DNA of 32,000 nucleotides from Wallemia ichthyophaga EXF-994 (Eukaryota > Fungi > Basidiomycota), in contig NW_008806287.1 in assembly GCF_000400465.1 (NCBI RefSeq), forward strand, positions 300,001-332,000, in the 5' to 3' direction. The translations under genes were made by a program, and so were the position numbers. Numbering within the stretch: the first letter of the stretch is position 1; every line of letters begins with the position of its first letter. The notes under the pieces were generated by a model that had not been told where the DNA came from, made no database searches, and saw nothing but the letters and a program-made list of their open reading frames with translations. Below are positions 1 through 12,608 of the stretch, piece by piece.

Positions 1-2
1 CC

Positions 3-3000
3 TTCAGCGAGGTTAACTCTAAGAAGAAAAAGTCAATCGGCGATACACTCGCTAGTTTAGCCACCATGCTTGAGTCTTATAGATACAAGAACTTGTCCAG
101 GAATTCTTCTGCTGCCTCTCCAGGCGACCGGTCGCCTGGAGAGCATCAACGTGAGCACGCACATCCACATGGAAAAAGCATGCATCACTCCATCTTGAAG
201 AAGAAGAGTGGTAATCTCTTCTCGTCGCGTGAGGCGACGACTTCCACTGAATACCGCACGCGCAACCTCTCCCCCGATGAGCGCAACCAACTTATCAAAA
301 CCCTCACTGATCTGCTTGGAGAAGATGCGCACATTGATACACAGGAAACTAACGCATCTCAAGACACACATGCCCCTTGCGAGTGTGCGGAAAGTGACGA
401 AATGATTAAGAAGACCATCTGGGAAATGATCACTGAGAATGAGGAGCAGATAGTCACAACAGAAATGCGCAGCGAGCTGGCACAGGCACAGGAACACGAG
501 CAGATGCAGACACAAACACAGCAGCCACAGTCACTACACCCTCCCACGCCCCACTCCCACCAAACAAATACCATCCACTTTCCATCTATTTCGACCTTCT
601 CCAAATCAGCACCCCAGACGCCTTACCAAGAAGATATGGATACAGACGACGGGCGCAGGGAGAGAGAAACTATGTCGTACTTCCCACACTACTCTAACTC
701 GACCAGCTGCCTACCCGGACTCAGCACTGAAAGCCAGGAGTATTCCGTAGCGAGTGAGTCGTACGCAGATACGCTTAGCCACCCTGGTGAAAGCAGACAG
801 CGTCTCCAGAATGTGCTGCGTACAGTCACCACGCGTCTTACGCAGAAACACGTCGCGCGCAAGATTGAAATAAGCGGCAGGAAGAGAAGCGGGAGTGGGA
901 GTGCTGTTATCAATCGCAAAACATCCACACCGGAAATAAGTATGATGAGAATGACGAGCTCGGATAAAGGCGAGGGTAAGAAGAAAATGACGCTCCCACA
1001 TACCCGCACAAAGTCTATCAGCACACACACACATCCTAATCAATTATTACAGGGAGCGGAGAGTTTGTCGCTAGGTATTACAGACGGTCTCGCGCGGAAT
1101 GGTTTTTCACAGAATGACCAGCCCCAAAATATACCATCGCCTCATACACCTAAACATAATATACCCCCACCCAGTACGCCTACACAGAAAATCCTCGCAC
1201 CCCACACAACATCTCCCCAGAAATCACCAGACGCACCACAAGCACCGCCGTCGTCGCCCGTGTGTGCACACACGCGTGGAAGCACCAATTTGAGCCCATC
1301 TGCTACAAATCTATCAACACTACCACCGTCAGCCATACCGCCGACGCCAACACCACCAAAAGACGCTGTCGAATCGACCTCGGAAGGTGTTTACTGGCCG
1401 CGCGAGCATATTATCAAGAACATCCACCGCTTTATGCGCTACTCCTCGGCAGCGTACGGCAAGTCATTTATGCGTATTCTTGGTATCGGCGGGGATGCGA
1501 CAGCGGACCACACAGACACGTCTGCGCACCAGCAACACATCAACCACCACGCATTTGCATACCACAATAACATACCTATCGACGCAATTCTTCTATCGTC
1601 TTACACTAATCCCTATGATAATTTCAAGAAGGACAGCGGGAAGATCTACCCGCTGGTGCACTACATAGCGATTGACCACAGTGCGCAGTCGATTATCCTC
1701 ACCTGTCGCGGCACGCTAGGGTTCCAGGACATACTAGTTGATCTAACGTGCAACTATGCGCATCTGGACTTAGATGCAGGATCTTATGACAAAGACGGCT
1801 ACTATGCGATACACGAGGGAATGTTAAGCAGTGCTTATCGACTAGCACACTCTCATACGGTGCTCTCTACAATTCGTAGGGCGCTACTCGAGTATCCCCG
1901 CTATGGGTTGGTGCTCTGCGGACACAGTCTAGGCGGTGGAGCTGCAGCTGCGCTAGCTTTGCTATGGGGCACGCGATCGGATGTGTTCGCAACGCAGGCA
2001 CGCAATAGAGGTATGTCATTTAATGTGAAAGCGTCGACCACTTTCGTCACGGGATTTAAATCACTCTTGCCGGAAGGTCGCTCGCTTAGCTGCTACACTT
2101 ACGGCACACCATGCGTATCCACTCCTGACCTCACAGCATATGCGCGAGGTCTTATCATTAGCGTCGTCAATAATAAGGATATTGTCCCCACACTCTCACT
2201 CGGTTTGCTGCACGATATGCGCAAGATGGCTATCATGTTGCATGAGGAAGAGGGCAACATTACGGATGAGATTATTGGCCGCGTGCTCGGGTTCAGAGGA
2301 GAGAACGGCTTACAGAGTGGCGAAAGTAATCGGCGTCGGAGTGATTCAAACGGAATTGAGGGTGCGCGGGGTGGGAGTGGCGATGTAATTGAAACACACC
2401 GCACAGATACAAACAGATACAAACACACTCACCCGACTGACAAAGTAGATGAGATGGCAGAGGACCTAGGTACGCCAGCCGACACACTACGCACGATAAC
2501 ACACCAAGATGCAAAGGTGGGGCACACCTCCAACGCTATCCTTAAACCTGGTTACGTAGATCCAGCGCTAGTTGCAACGACGCCGCAAGCCGACCAGGAG
2601 CTCAGCGACTGGCTCTGGAGTTTGAAGACAACGATCGGAGCTGACATGGATGCGGTGAAGCTGTATCCGCCGGGCGAAGTGAGTTAGATGGAGCGTCTTT
2701 AGCGGATTGTGTAAATCGGCTGACGATGATTGCAGGTGTTTGTCGTAGAGAGGTCCACGTGTCTAGTGACGCTGGAGTGTGGCGGGGGCGAGAACGGTGA
2801 GGAGGAGGGTGAAGGTGAGCTTGGTACGGAACAACACACCCACTCTCACTCTCACGCCTCGCCCCAATATAAACAGGAAGCTCATCGCGTTATTTTGAGA
2901 TACTGCCAGGATGTGGAAAAGAGGTTCAACGAGCCGTTCTTTAGCAAAAGCATGTTCACGGATCATAGCCCCGTCGAGTATGAACGTGCGACGCAGCTCT

Positions 3001-3023
3001 TGTTTGATGGGATAGCGGGGTGA
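3..3023 (+). CDS. Class 3 lipase (DAG-lipase-like) with long disordered N-terminus; 5'-truncated by window edge
   Basis: GHSLGGG nucleophile elbow, RGTLGFQDILVDL and HEGML motifs. The frame is open from base 3 to the ATG at 66, so the true start may be upstream of the window. Intron 2679-2735 (GTGAGT...CTGAC...CAG, phase 0) joins ORF 66..2687 to VFVVER...GIAG*. Confidence 0.88.
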
Positions 3024-3169
3024 TGAAGATGGTGATAGCGATCGCGATGGTAATGATGATAACGTTAGCGATAGTAATGATAGCGATAGTAATAAAACCT
3101 AACAACGATAACAACGATAAACATAACAAAGATAATAATACCAGCAACGACATTAACACTCCAGCATAA
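3021..3169 (+). repeat. Low-complexity GAT/AAC/AGC triplet-rich tract
   Basis: Runs such as gatagcgatagtaatgatagcgatagt and aacaacgataacaacgat directly after the lipase stop. Confidence 0.6.
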
Positions 3170-3454
3170 CTACAGCATTTCTCGAGCACTTCACACACTT
3201 GTAACATTAGGCAATAGCTTATATATCAATCTTTTTATATTGTTTGCGTATTTTCTCAGTTACAAAGAAATAAATCTATGAGAGTAAAAATGAAGTATTA
3301 AAGGTGTAGTGAGTAGTACTATAGAAGAGGGTGGTTGGGGGCAGTAGTATCGAGGTTAAGTAAGGGGAGAAACTGCGCCAAATATAAAGTTAACGATGCC
3401 GAGAGGTGAGAAGGTTGTAAAGGTTGTGAAGAATCGAGACAGCAAACCACCCAC

Positions 3455-5099
3455 TCAAGCTATCGACTCACGCTTATTAAACTTAGCGACAAAGCCGTCT
3501 TTGGGGAAAATAGTGGCAATGACTTCAACATTGTGAGATTGAGGAGTAACAATGTGTTCCCAGTCCATAAGGACGCTGGCAGACCCAATGAGAGCGGTCA
3601 TATGCAAAACGGCGTATTCCTTCCCGAGGCAATGATGAGGACCATGTCCGAAAACGAGATAGTTAGCAGCAGCTTTTTCAGCATCGCTCGGATTACCATT
3701 AGCATCAGGAAGCCATCTTTCTGGCCTAAATGACTCAGGGTCGCCATACACTGCCGGATCATGAAGCGAGGGGTAGATACTAGGAATGAGCATAGTACCT
3801 TTAGGTACAGTGTAATCAGCGTTGATAGGGAAAGGTTTTTTAGTGAGATAAGGCACCATAATAACAGGAGGCTTGATACGAAGAGATTCCTTTATACAAG
3901 CGCGTGTATAAGTCATCTGGTCGATCATATCGAGAGTAGTTGGTGAATCTACATCGCCACCACGGACACGATATTGCTCTTCACGTACCCGACCCAGTAC
4001 CTCCGGATGATCAGCTAGTAATTGAAAGATGTAAACAACACCACTGGTCATGGCATCCTGAGAAGCGAATAGGAATGATAAGACAACCATAGCCATTTCG
4101 TTATCGGAGAATTCGCGCGCGCGTAACACTTTGCTTGAACCATCTGTATGAGCGTTGTTTTTAGCCTCGTGCATCGCCTTCGTCCAGTGGTCAAGCAAAC
4201 ACTCTGGCTCTGCATCATTGCTCATGCGCTCCTTAGATTGAGCGGACGCATGCTCAAACCATTTAACAGCCACTTTGCGTGCTTTTATCGCTTTGTATAC
4301 CTTAGTACCAGGCCAAGCGAAGGGGAAGTTGACCAGCTCGAGCGCGACGGTAATAAGCCAGTATTTGGCACTGATATCGTCTTGCGCATGCTGGGGAATG
4401 TATTCGCCACAAAAGACTTTTAATGAGGTTTCCATGTTGAGATCGCGCATGGACATCATGTAGCTCTTGGGAGTGGCATCACGCGTCCACTTGTCAAAGT
4501 ACTTGCGGTAGATGGACTCTTGAATGGGGAGATAGCTGCTTAGTGCGCGGCGGGTGAATAATACGTTGAGGCCCTTGCGGTAGTCGGAATGCACCTTGCC
4601 GTTGAGGAAGACCCAGTTGTTAGGATCGAGAACCTTTTTGGCACTGGCTACGAGACACGGCTCGGCGTAGGAAGCGCTGCTGAATATTTTGCGACTGTAC
4701 TCGTTCTTGGCAGCTTGGACGATGAAGCTAGAGAGTGTGGATGTTAGACGGGGGGCGATACAATGAACTAGATAAACCAGACTAACATATTGAAAACAGA
4801 GACTGCAGATAAATCACCCAGCTTCCATCCAGACATGTAGTTCTCCAGACTAGGATTTAAACTGTCGGCGAAACGACCAATAATGGGAATAGACCAACTG
4901 GGACCCTGTAAAGGAGGTTAGCGGATATATCAACAAATTAGCACTCAAAACACACGGGCAAATGACCCTTTTTGTACTTGTAAATGGCCTGCTCGAGGAT
5001 GAGCAGCGAGGCAGCAACGGCGAGAATGGCAGTAAGGAGAGGCTGGCTAGTGCGCTCAACGGGTTGAGCGTCGGTATAATAGCTTTGCGTTGAGTTCAT
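3455..5099 (-). CDS. ERG5: Sterol C-22 desaturase, cytochrome P450 CYP61
   Basis: FLFASQDA I-helix, ESLR, PERW and heme motif FGHGPHHCLG. N-terminal anchor LLTAILAVAASLLILEQ. Introns 4906-4955 and 4728-4786 restore GPSWSIPIIG...SVFNIFIV...NWVFLNGKVHSDYRKGLN. Confidence 0.95.
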
Positions 5100-5570
5100 C
5101 CGTCGTTGTTGATGATATCGTTGTCGTTGTCGTTGTTGGTGAGTAAGATCGGATGAAATCAGGCCATTTCGGTTATGATGAAAATGGCGTTGAGAGTGTT
5201 TGTGGGAGTGCGCATGTGTGTGTAGTTTGTGTATGTGTGTGTCTTTATATACTCTGCTCTTACCAATATAACCAGCTAAAATTGTAGTAATGTCTTGGCT
5301 TACATAAAAATAACGCCAAAAATTACGTGAAAATGATGAACATGTGTGTATATTTGAGTGTATTAGGTTTATTCAAAATGAAAATACCTCAATTTGATTA
5401 AGAATTTAATGGTGAAAGTTGGCATATATTTTGATTACATGTGTGCAGGTGTGCATGTGTGCAGTTGTACATGTGAGCATACAAGATAGCTTGAATGTAA
5501 GCATAAGAATAGGAATAAACAGGTATAATAAAACAAATCAACGTATTCGCGAAGATGGGAGAGATGGAGA

Positions 5571-5590
5571 GATGGATGGATGGATGGATG
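5571..5590 (+). repeat. (GATG)5 microsatellite just past the Ras stop
   Basis: gatggatggatggatggatg, preceded by degenerate gatggga/gagatgga units. Confidence 0.8.
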
Positions 5591-5603
5591 TTGTCAGGAA
5601 CTT

Positions 5604-6335
5604 CTAAAGGATAGTACATCTTCGTCTACGTTGATTTCTTCTATAGGGCTGAGCAGGATGTTGATTAGTAGTACCATTGACACTTTGTCTCTGCCGCCTA
5701 ATCTCTCTGACGACGTGAAAGAAAGCTCTTTCAACATTAACGCAAGTTTTAGCAGAAGTTTCAATCATGGAGCATTGTAACTTCTTTGCCATGAGTTGAG
5801 CCTCTGATAGACTAACTTCACGCTCATAAACCTTGTCACACTTATTTCCAACAAGCATCAGTGGTATGTCATCACTCTCCTTAACACGAGTGATAAGATT
5901 ACGGAATTTATCGATTCTATCGAAAGTGGAACGTGAAGCAATTGAGTAGACGAGTAAGAAACCTTCGCCTTCTCTAATCCATTGATCGCGTAGAGCAGTA
6001 TACTCCTCTTGACCGGCTGTATCAAGAACTTCAAGTAAAGCAGGGCTATCATCTAAAACAACTTGCTTTCTGTAGCTGTCTTCGATGGTTGGATCGTAGG
6101 TTTCAACGAAGGAGTTCATGCAGAACTGGAACAAATTTAATTGGTGAATTAGAAAGTGCGCTTACTCACCTGTACAGTCAGCGCAGTTTTACCAACACCA
6201 CCATCACCCAATACACTAAGTTTACTGAGATGTGTTAGTAGTGGGCGGGCTCAAAACACTTCAACTAACTAAGGCGTGGCTTTTGACTGGTGTATTTGTT
6301 AATAGATGTAGATTACATTTAAACATACTAACCAT
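5604..6335 (-). CDS. RAS2: Ras small GTPase, fungal Ras2/RasB type
   Basis: Spliced model [43 protein letters not shown]...DTAGQEE...NKCD...ETSAK...CTIL (CAAX). Introns 6287-6332, 6225-6269 and 6126-6169; first exon is ATG only. Confidence 0.93.
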
Positions 6336-6565
6336 TTTCTGTGTGTTTGTATGTGTTAAGAGAGTAGCATCTTACACACAGAGCAAACCAACTAAAATTT
6401 AAATTTGAAAATAAAAAACACCAATATGATCATATATACTGTATATTTAACAATATGAATTTATAAATCCGTTTAAATTACTCATTTTATATTTATATTT
6501 GAATAACTGAGCTGGCTTTTAGCTCGCGACGCAGCTCCTTTAGCTAAACCAAATTAAGTGTAATT

Positions 6566-7157
<592 letters not shown>

Positions 7158-7275
7158 TCCCCCTCTTTTCTTTTGATTATTTCATCATATCCTGGTATTT
7201 TCGGTGTGTTTTGTGTCTCGTGTATCCCATGTGTTCCGCGTGTACCTCCCTACAAACCCCTCTTGATCCCCAACC

Positions 7276-9617
7276 ATGAAGACCTTTTCAAGAGAACAAG
7301 TTGCAAACGTGAGATAATCGTCAATCACCTGTTTACCCCACTCACACTCCCACACAGCACAATTCCAAAGGAGATTGTTAGCCTGGCTTATAACCGGTAA
7401 TACCCTTTCTCACGCTCTGTATTCAGTGTGGATCGTTATCGACAGCACCGTGTGTCCATCTCTTGCCATCTCCTAATATCTCCAATTCCCTTAGATCTAC
7501 GACGTTTCCAAGTGGGCTGCATCTCACACGCCACCTACTCACCCACTCACTCCCGTACAGATTCATCAACATCCATCCAGGCGGCGCTTCCGTCTTCTTC
7601 GACGACGATATCGCTGGCCAAGACGCTACTGAGCAATTTTTCAACCTCCATCGGTTCGTTCTCTTTGATTGTTATCTCACCCTCACCGTACCCAACCAGC
7701 CTCGATGTCCTCGAAAAACCTCAGTACAAGCGCCTTATCATTGGCCAAATTGAGAATGAGAAACCTGTTATTAAGTTCCCTCAACCAGGTGATCTTTCCG
7801 AGGGTGTGTCATGTGTCTTGGTGTTTCACATTCCATAACTCTTTTTACAGTACCATACGGCGAGCCAAGCTGGCTATCGCAAGCATATCACTCTCCATAC
7901 TACAAGGAGGTGTGTCTGATTTCTACTAATCATATCACTTCACTCACCACCTTAACAGTCCCATAAAGCTCTGCAGAACTGGATGAGAAAGTTCGTAGAC
8001 ACTGTCATCACCCCTGACGCTCTTGCACGCGAAAAGGATGGCAAACGATGCTCTGATGGTGTTGTCGAGAAAATGGCGTGAGTTGGAAATTTTTCACGAA
8101 GTACTCCCTCACTTTTCACCATGCAGTCAATACGAAATCAATGCCATGCGTCTCGGCCCAGGTAAGCATCTTCACGGCCGCACCCTCGCAGAAGGCATCG
8201 TAAAGCCAGAGGAATTTGACTATCTCCATGAACTTGTCATCAACCAGGAACTCGTCCGTCACGGCCAGCGTGGATATGGCGATGGTTTGCTCGCTGGTAT
8301 GGTTATCGGTCTCCCACCTGTCCTCAATTTTGGAAGCGATGAGTTGAAGGCGTGAGTATCAGTTGAGCGGCAATAATCACGCACCCCTCACATATACTCC
8401 AGCCGCATTATCCCTCAGGTTCTCTCCGGCGAAAAGGTAAGACACGCCCCATTATTATATCATGTCTCACATCAACGTGATCAGTTCATCTCACTCGCCA
8501 TCAGTGAGGCTTTCGCAGGCTCTGATGTCGCAAACCTGCGTACGACAGCAGTCAAATCTCAAGATGGCAAACATTGGATCATAAACGGTACCAAGAAGTG
8601 GATCACAAATGGCACCTTCTCCGACTACTTCAGCGTAGGCTGCAAGACGGAGGGAGGTCTAACAATGATCCTCGTAGAGCGCACTGAGGGTGTATCTACG
8701 GAGCAAATTAAGACATCGTACTCTACTACCGCCGGAACAGCGTACATTACATTCGATGGTGAGGGTGGTGTTTTTGAGTGAATAACATAGAGCCCACTAA
8801 AACACTCAATAGATGTCAAAGTCCCTGTCGAAAACACTCTTGGTCCTGAAGACGGTGGGCTGCTCGTTATACTCTCCAATTTCAACCATGAGCGTTTTGT
8901 AATGGCGACTGCGTCGACGCGTTCGATCCGGTTCGTTGTTGAGGAGTGTTTCAAATGGGCCAACCAGCGTAAGGTGTTTGGCAAGACTCTCCTCGGCCAG
9001 CCAGTCATCCGCTACAAATTAGCAGGCATGGTCGCCAAAGCTGAATCCTTGCAAGCTTGGCTTGAGTATGTGGGCTATCAGATGACCAAGGTGGGTGGGG
9101 TTTGTTAATGTTGCTACTTTCGCTCATTAAACACCTCCTTATCGGCGCAGATGACGTACAAGGAGCAGTCGAAGCACCTCGCCGGTCCAATCGCGCTGCT
9201 CAAGATGCAGTGCACAAGGGTCGAGAATAGTGTTGCTGACGATGCTGTACAAGTGGGTTTGTCGGTGTCCGATGACCCAACCGTCTCACTCCCTCGCAGA
9301 TCTTCGGCGGCAGAGCTATCACGCAGACAGGCATGGGACGCAATATTGAGATGTTCAACCGCACCTATAAATTTAACAGTGAGTGTGTACTCTATTAATA
9401 GCACCACACAATTAACAACACCCTTCCAGGCTTACTCGGTGGTTCTGAGGGTGAGAAGGAGTATTTACACACGCGCGATGCTGACGCGAGACAGAAATTT
9501 TGGGTGATCTTGGTATACGCCAGGCTATGAGACAGGTGCGTGTGCAGCAGTATCTTTCATGTCACTCATCTCACATCACTAATATCGCTACAGATGCCAA
9601 AGAGCGCACGTCTCTAG
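7276..9617 (+). CDS. Cytochrome b5 domain-acyl-CoA dehydrogenase fusion, C-terminal PTS1 (ARL)
   Basis: 17-exon model: MKTFSREQVANHNSKGDLWIVIDSTIYDVSKFINIHPGG (b5), then ACAD motifs LAISEAFAGSDVA, NGTKKWITNG, FNHER, QRKVFGK, QIFGGRA, LGGSEEIL. Ends MPKSARL*. All 16 introns are GT-AG. Confidence 0.88.
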
Positions 9618-10053
9618 CACCCCAGCACGCTAAACAATCTTGTATGTATAACTAATGATGATTGATACCTCGAGAAATATGAAGTTTTCAACTTTTGGAT
9701 TGGTAAGACTGTAACTGATATTGAGGAGGAATGAATAGATAGAAATAGAAATAGAAATAAGGGATGATCATGTTACAAGGGAAGAAAATATTTTGCATCC
9801 CCTATAGCAAGACAAATCTGGGTTTTAGATATGTCGCACCCGCTCTGTTTGCACTCGTATGAGGTATTCCAAAAATCAGGAACGCACGTGAATTTTCAGC
9901 GGACAGTGCAGTCTGGAATTCTTCAGACCGAATTGCAGCTTTTTGATCAACCATCGTTTTCGAAGTAAAAGCAGGCTTTTAGCGAAGACATTCATCAAGT
10001 ACCGACAACCTACACACATACAGACAGACACGTATAAACACACTCATTTAGAA

Positions 10054-10944
10054 ATGCTATCAAAACTCGCACTCGCTTCTCTCGCCGCTTACGCTAGCGC
10101 ACACGGTATAGTGTCGCAGGTAATGGTCGGTGGCCAGTGGTACAACGGAGCCAATTACGGCTCAACAAATGACAACTCCCCTGTACGCGGATTCCCTTAC
10201 GACGGAGGGTATGTGCCATACTACAACGTGAACACAGATGACATCGTTTGCGGTGCGAATGGCCACGGTTCTGTACCAGTAACAGCAACTGTCAATGCCG
10301 GCGACGACGTGAAGCTCCGCTGGCACGGTGACCGTGGTCCAACTGGGGACTACTGGGGCCACTACGAGGGTTCTGTAATGGACTACCTGATGCGCTGCGA
10401 CGGTGATTGCAGCAACTTCCAGACAAGCTACGGCAATGCGCGCGTGTACAAGATCTGGGAAGCTGGTCTCGACACATCTCAGCCACGCCCTGACCAAGGT
10501 TTCTGGCCATCTCGTCCTCAAGGTGATGGTTTGTGGGCAATGGATGACATGTCTCGTAACTGGGGATCATGGCACACAGTAACCATCCCAGCCACAACCG
10601 CACCAGGCCAGTACATGCTGCGTCACGAGCTTCTCGCTCTCCAGGCCGCATCGAACCTTGCAGGCACAGCTGAGACTCCAATCGGTGGTCCACAATACTA
10701 CCCTGCTTGTGTCCAGCTCAATGTCGTCAACAATTCCGGCAACGTTGTCTACCCACCTGAAACTCCAGTCAGGGAAATCTACAGCACTGGTGACGCTCAG
10801 GTCAACATTTACACTCCTGCTCCTAACGGTATCGAACATTTCGATATCCCTGGTCCAAATGTTGTCAACACCTCCCCTTACAAGCGCTCCGCTCGTCGTG
10901 CTGATCGCCACGCACGTCGTGAGGCTTTCGGTAAGACTCACTAA
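10054..10944 (+). CDS. Secreted AA9 (GH61) lytic polysaccharide monooxygenase
   Basis: Signal peptide MLSKLALASLAAYASA then His1 (HGIV, codon 10102). Also CG...ATVNAG, IP...APGQYMLRHELLAL and QYYPACVQLNV motifs; intronless. Confidence 0.92.
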   Translation: MLSKLALASLAAYASAHGIVSQVMVGGQWYNGANYGSTNDNSPVRGFPYDGGYVPYYNVNTDDIVCGANGHGSVPVTATVNAGDDVKLRWHGDRGPTGDYWGHYEGSVMDYLMRCDGDCSNFQTSYGNARVYKIWEAGLDTSQPRPDQGFWPSRPQGDGLWAMDDMSRNWGSWHTVTIPATTAPGQYMLRHELLALQAASNLAGTAETPIGGPQYYPACVQLNVVNNSGNVVYPPETPVREIYSTGDAQVNIYTPAPNGIEHFDIPGPNVVNTSPYKRSARRADRHARREAFGKTH

Positions 10945-11217
10945 GCGGTGTGCACAATGTGCATTCACCGGCGCTCTACCAGTAAATATCAGTGGGAACA
11001 TTTATTGGTATACTTATTTATATTTCACTTGATCTTTCTTTGTTCTTCTCTGACGTCTGAACTGGTTTCAGCGTCTTTGTCTTATTGTTTTCTATACATT
11101 CGTTTCGCGTCGGTCACTGTATATGTGCACGAGTGTTAACAACAAAATATCCATGCTTAATATAATGCGAATACAATAATGCGTATATAAAATGCGCCCA
11201 ACACGCATGCTACCATG

Positions 11218-12516
11218 CTACGCGGACAGACGCTCCAACACCTCCTCGATGGCGTCAACAGCGCGTGTAAGGATAATTACCTGGTTTGTCAGCAGCGACT
11301 GCAGCATGACGAGCACACTCTCTCTAACAGTGTCTCTGTTAGCGAGGAGTGTCTTGAGGGTCTGCGACGTGCTCATAGCCTTATTCTCGAGCATGTGAAA
11401 GAGTGCAGCGTGGAGATCGAACTCGATGTCCTGGTTAGTAGAGGGGGAGTCATCGAGAGTTTGCAGGCTGCATGCGCCTTCGTCGCTGATGTTCTCATCA
11501 GCCAGTGAGCGCATCAAGAAGCGCAATCCCACTGGCATGTTCTGCGTAAGTGAGAGGTTGAATGTGCATAGTGAGCCGTCTTCAAGCAATAGATTCCACT
11601 TGCGTAAAAGGTCTTGCTTGCGCTGCGAGAAATCCATACCGGCACCGGCACCTACCTTGAATGGAACTATGTCGTACTCAAGGTTGTCAACAGCGAAGCC
11701 ATAAGCTAGAAGGAGCTCATTGGTTGCTTTGGCCCCGTAGTTGTTGAATACCTCGCTACCCTCTAAGGCACCGTGCGGCAGACTGATGGCTATTTTGGAA
11801 GTGCGTGTATAGATACTATCCTTCCACACCACTGCCGACATGGGCTTGTGGTTGCCTATGTCCCACAGAGGGACGAGCATCGGTGTGCTACTGCCACTCG
11901 TATTATCACTGCTACTCATGCTCGTGTCTGCATTTCTGCTCCCACTCCCGCTTATCAGTTTCGAGGGGAAGGAGCGTGAGGAGAGCATAGTGAGAGAGTG
12001 CTTGAAGACATCGTACGAAAATGACGCTAAACCATTAGATGCCAGCCAATCGGTAACGACGACGTAATCCCTTTGCCATTGCAACTCTCGCTCCCGCGTT
12101 GTGTTGTACAGACTCGTCGGCTGCGTGTACTCGAGCTCGGTGGGTGTCCAGTAGAGAGTCGTCAGCGTGCTTCCTATTGGCTGAAGCATAGCGACGTATG
12201 CGCGGTGCTTCAGTGCTCTTTGCAGCGAGTCGGGTTGGTTGTCGTAGTTGTAGTGCAGCGCTAGGTATACGACTACGAGGATATCCTCTCTTAGTGGCGT
12301 GTAGCTCAAGGCGTGGAACAGCTTCCTGCAGGAATCACGCGTTATGCACACACCCTCTGTCACACTGACTATCTCTGTCTCCTGCGCTATGTCTTTCTTC
12401 GCTATCCAACTGTAGCCAGATTGGGGAGAGTACGCAATGTCCATGTCGTCGTGTAGTTCACAGCCATTCTCCTTGAGCCAAGCTTTGAAGTTGTGGATGG
12501 TGGTAGTACGAGACAT
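11218..12516 (-). CDS. SET-domain protein lysine methyltransferase (SETD3/Rkm/Efm1-like class)
   Basis: FKAWLKENG N-terminus, SSRSFP, PLWDIGNHKP, EVFNNYG.K...LLLAYGF; intronless 432 aa. Confidence 0.88.
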   Translation of the reverse strand: MSRTTTIHNFKAWLKENGCELHDDMDIAYSPQSGYSWIAKKDIAQETEIVSVTEGVCITRDSCRKLFHALSYTPLREDILVVVYLALHYNYDNQPDSLQRALKHRAYVAMLQPIGSTLTTLYWTPTELEYTQPTSLYNTTRERELQWQRDYVVVTDWLASNGLASFSYDVFKHSLTMLSSRSFPSKLISGSGSRNADTSMSSSDNTSGSSTPMLVPLWDIGNHKPMSAVVWKDSIYTRTSKIAISLPHGALEGSEVFNNYGAKATNELLLAYGFAVDNLEYDIVPFKVGAGAGMDFSQRKQDLLRKWNLLLEDGSLCTFNLSLTQNMPVGLRFLMRSLADENISDEGACSLQTLDDSPSTNQDIEFDLHAALFHMLENKAMSTSQTLKTLLANRDTVRESVLVMLQSLLTNQVIILTRAVDAIEEVLERLSA

Positions 12517-12608
12517 ACTCGAAACAAGCCATCGTGGGCGGGAAAGAGCGAAGAAAATGTCTATAGAATGAAGACGTACAAGATTCTAGTGCCTTTGTTT
12601 AACTTGAT

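Noticed and set aside
4728-4786. ERG5 intron containing CTAGTTCATTGT, similar to the downstream exon start (CTAGCTTCATCGT)
   Set aside because: The match is short; using that AG would leave too small an intron and not give a clean frame, so tandem duplication cannot be supported.
9943-10053. TTG-initiated extension of the AA9
   Set aside because: The signal peptide starts at ATG 10054 and places His1 correctly.
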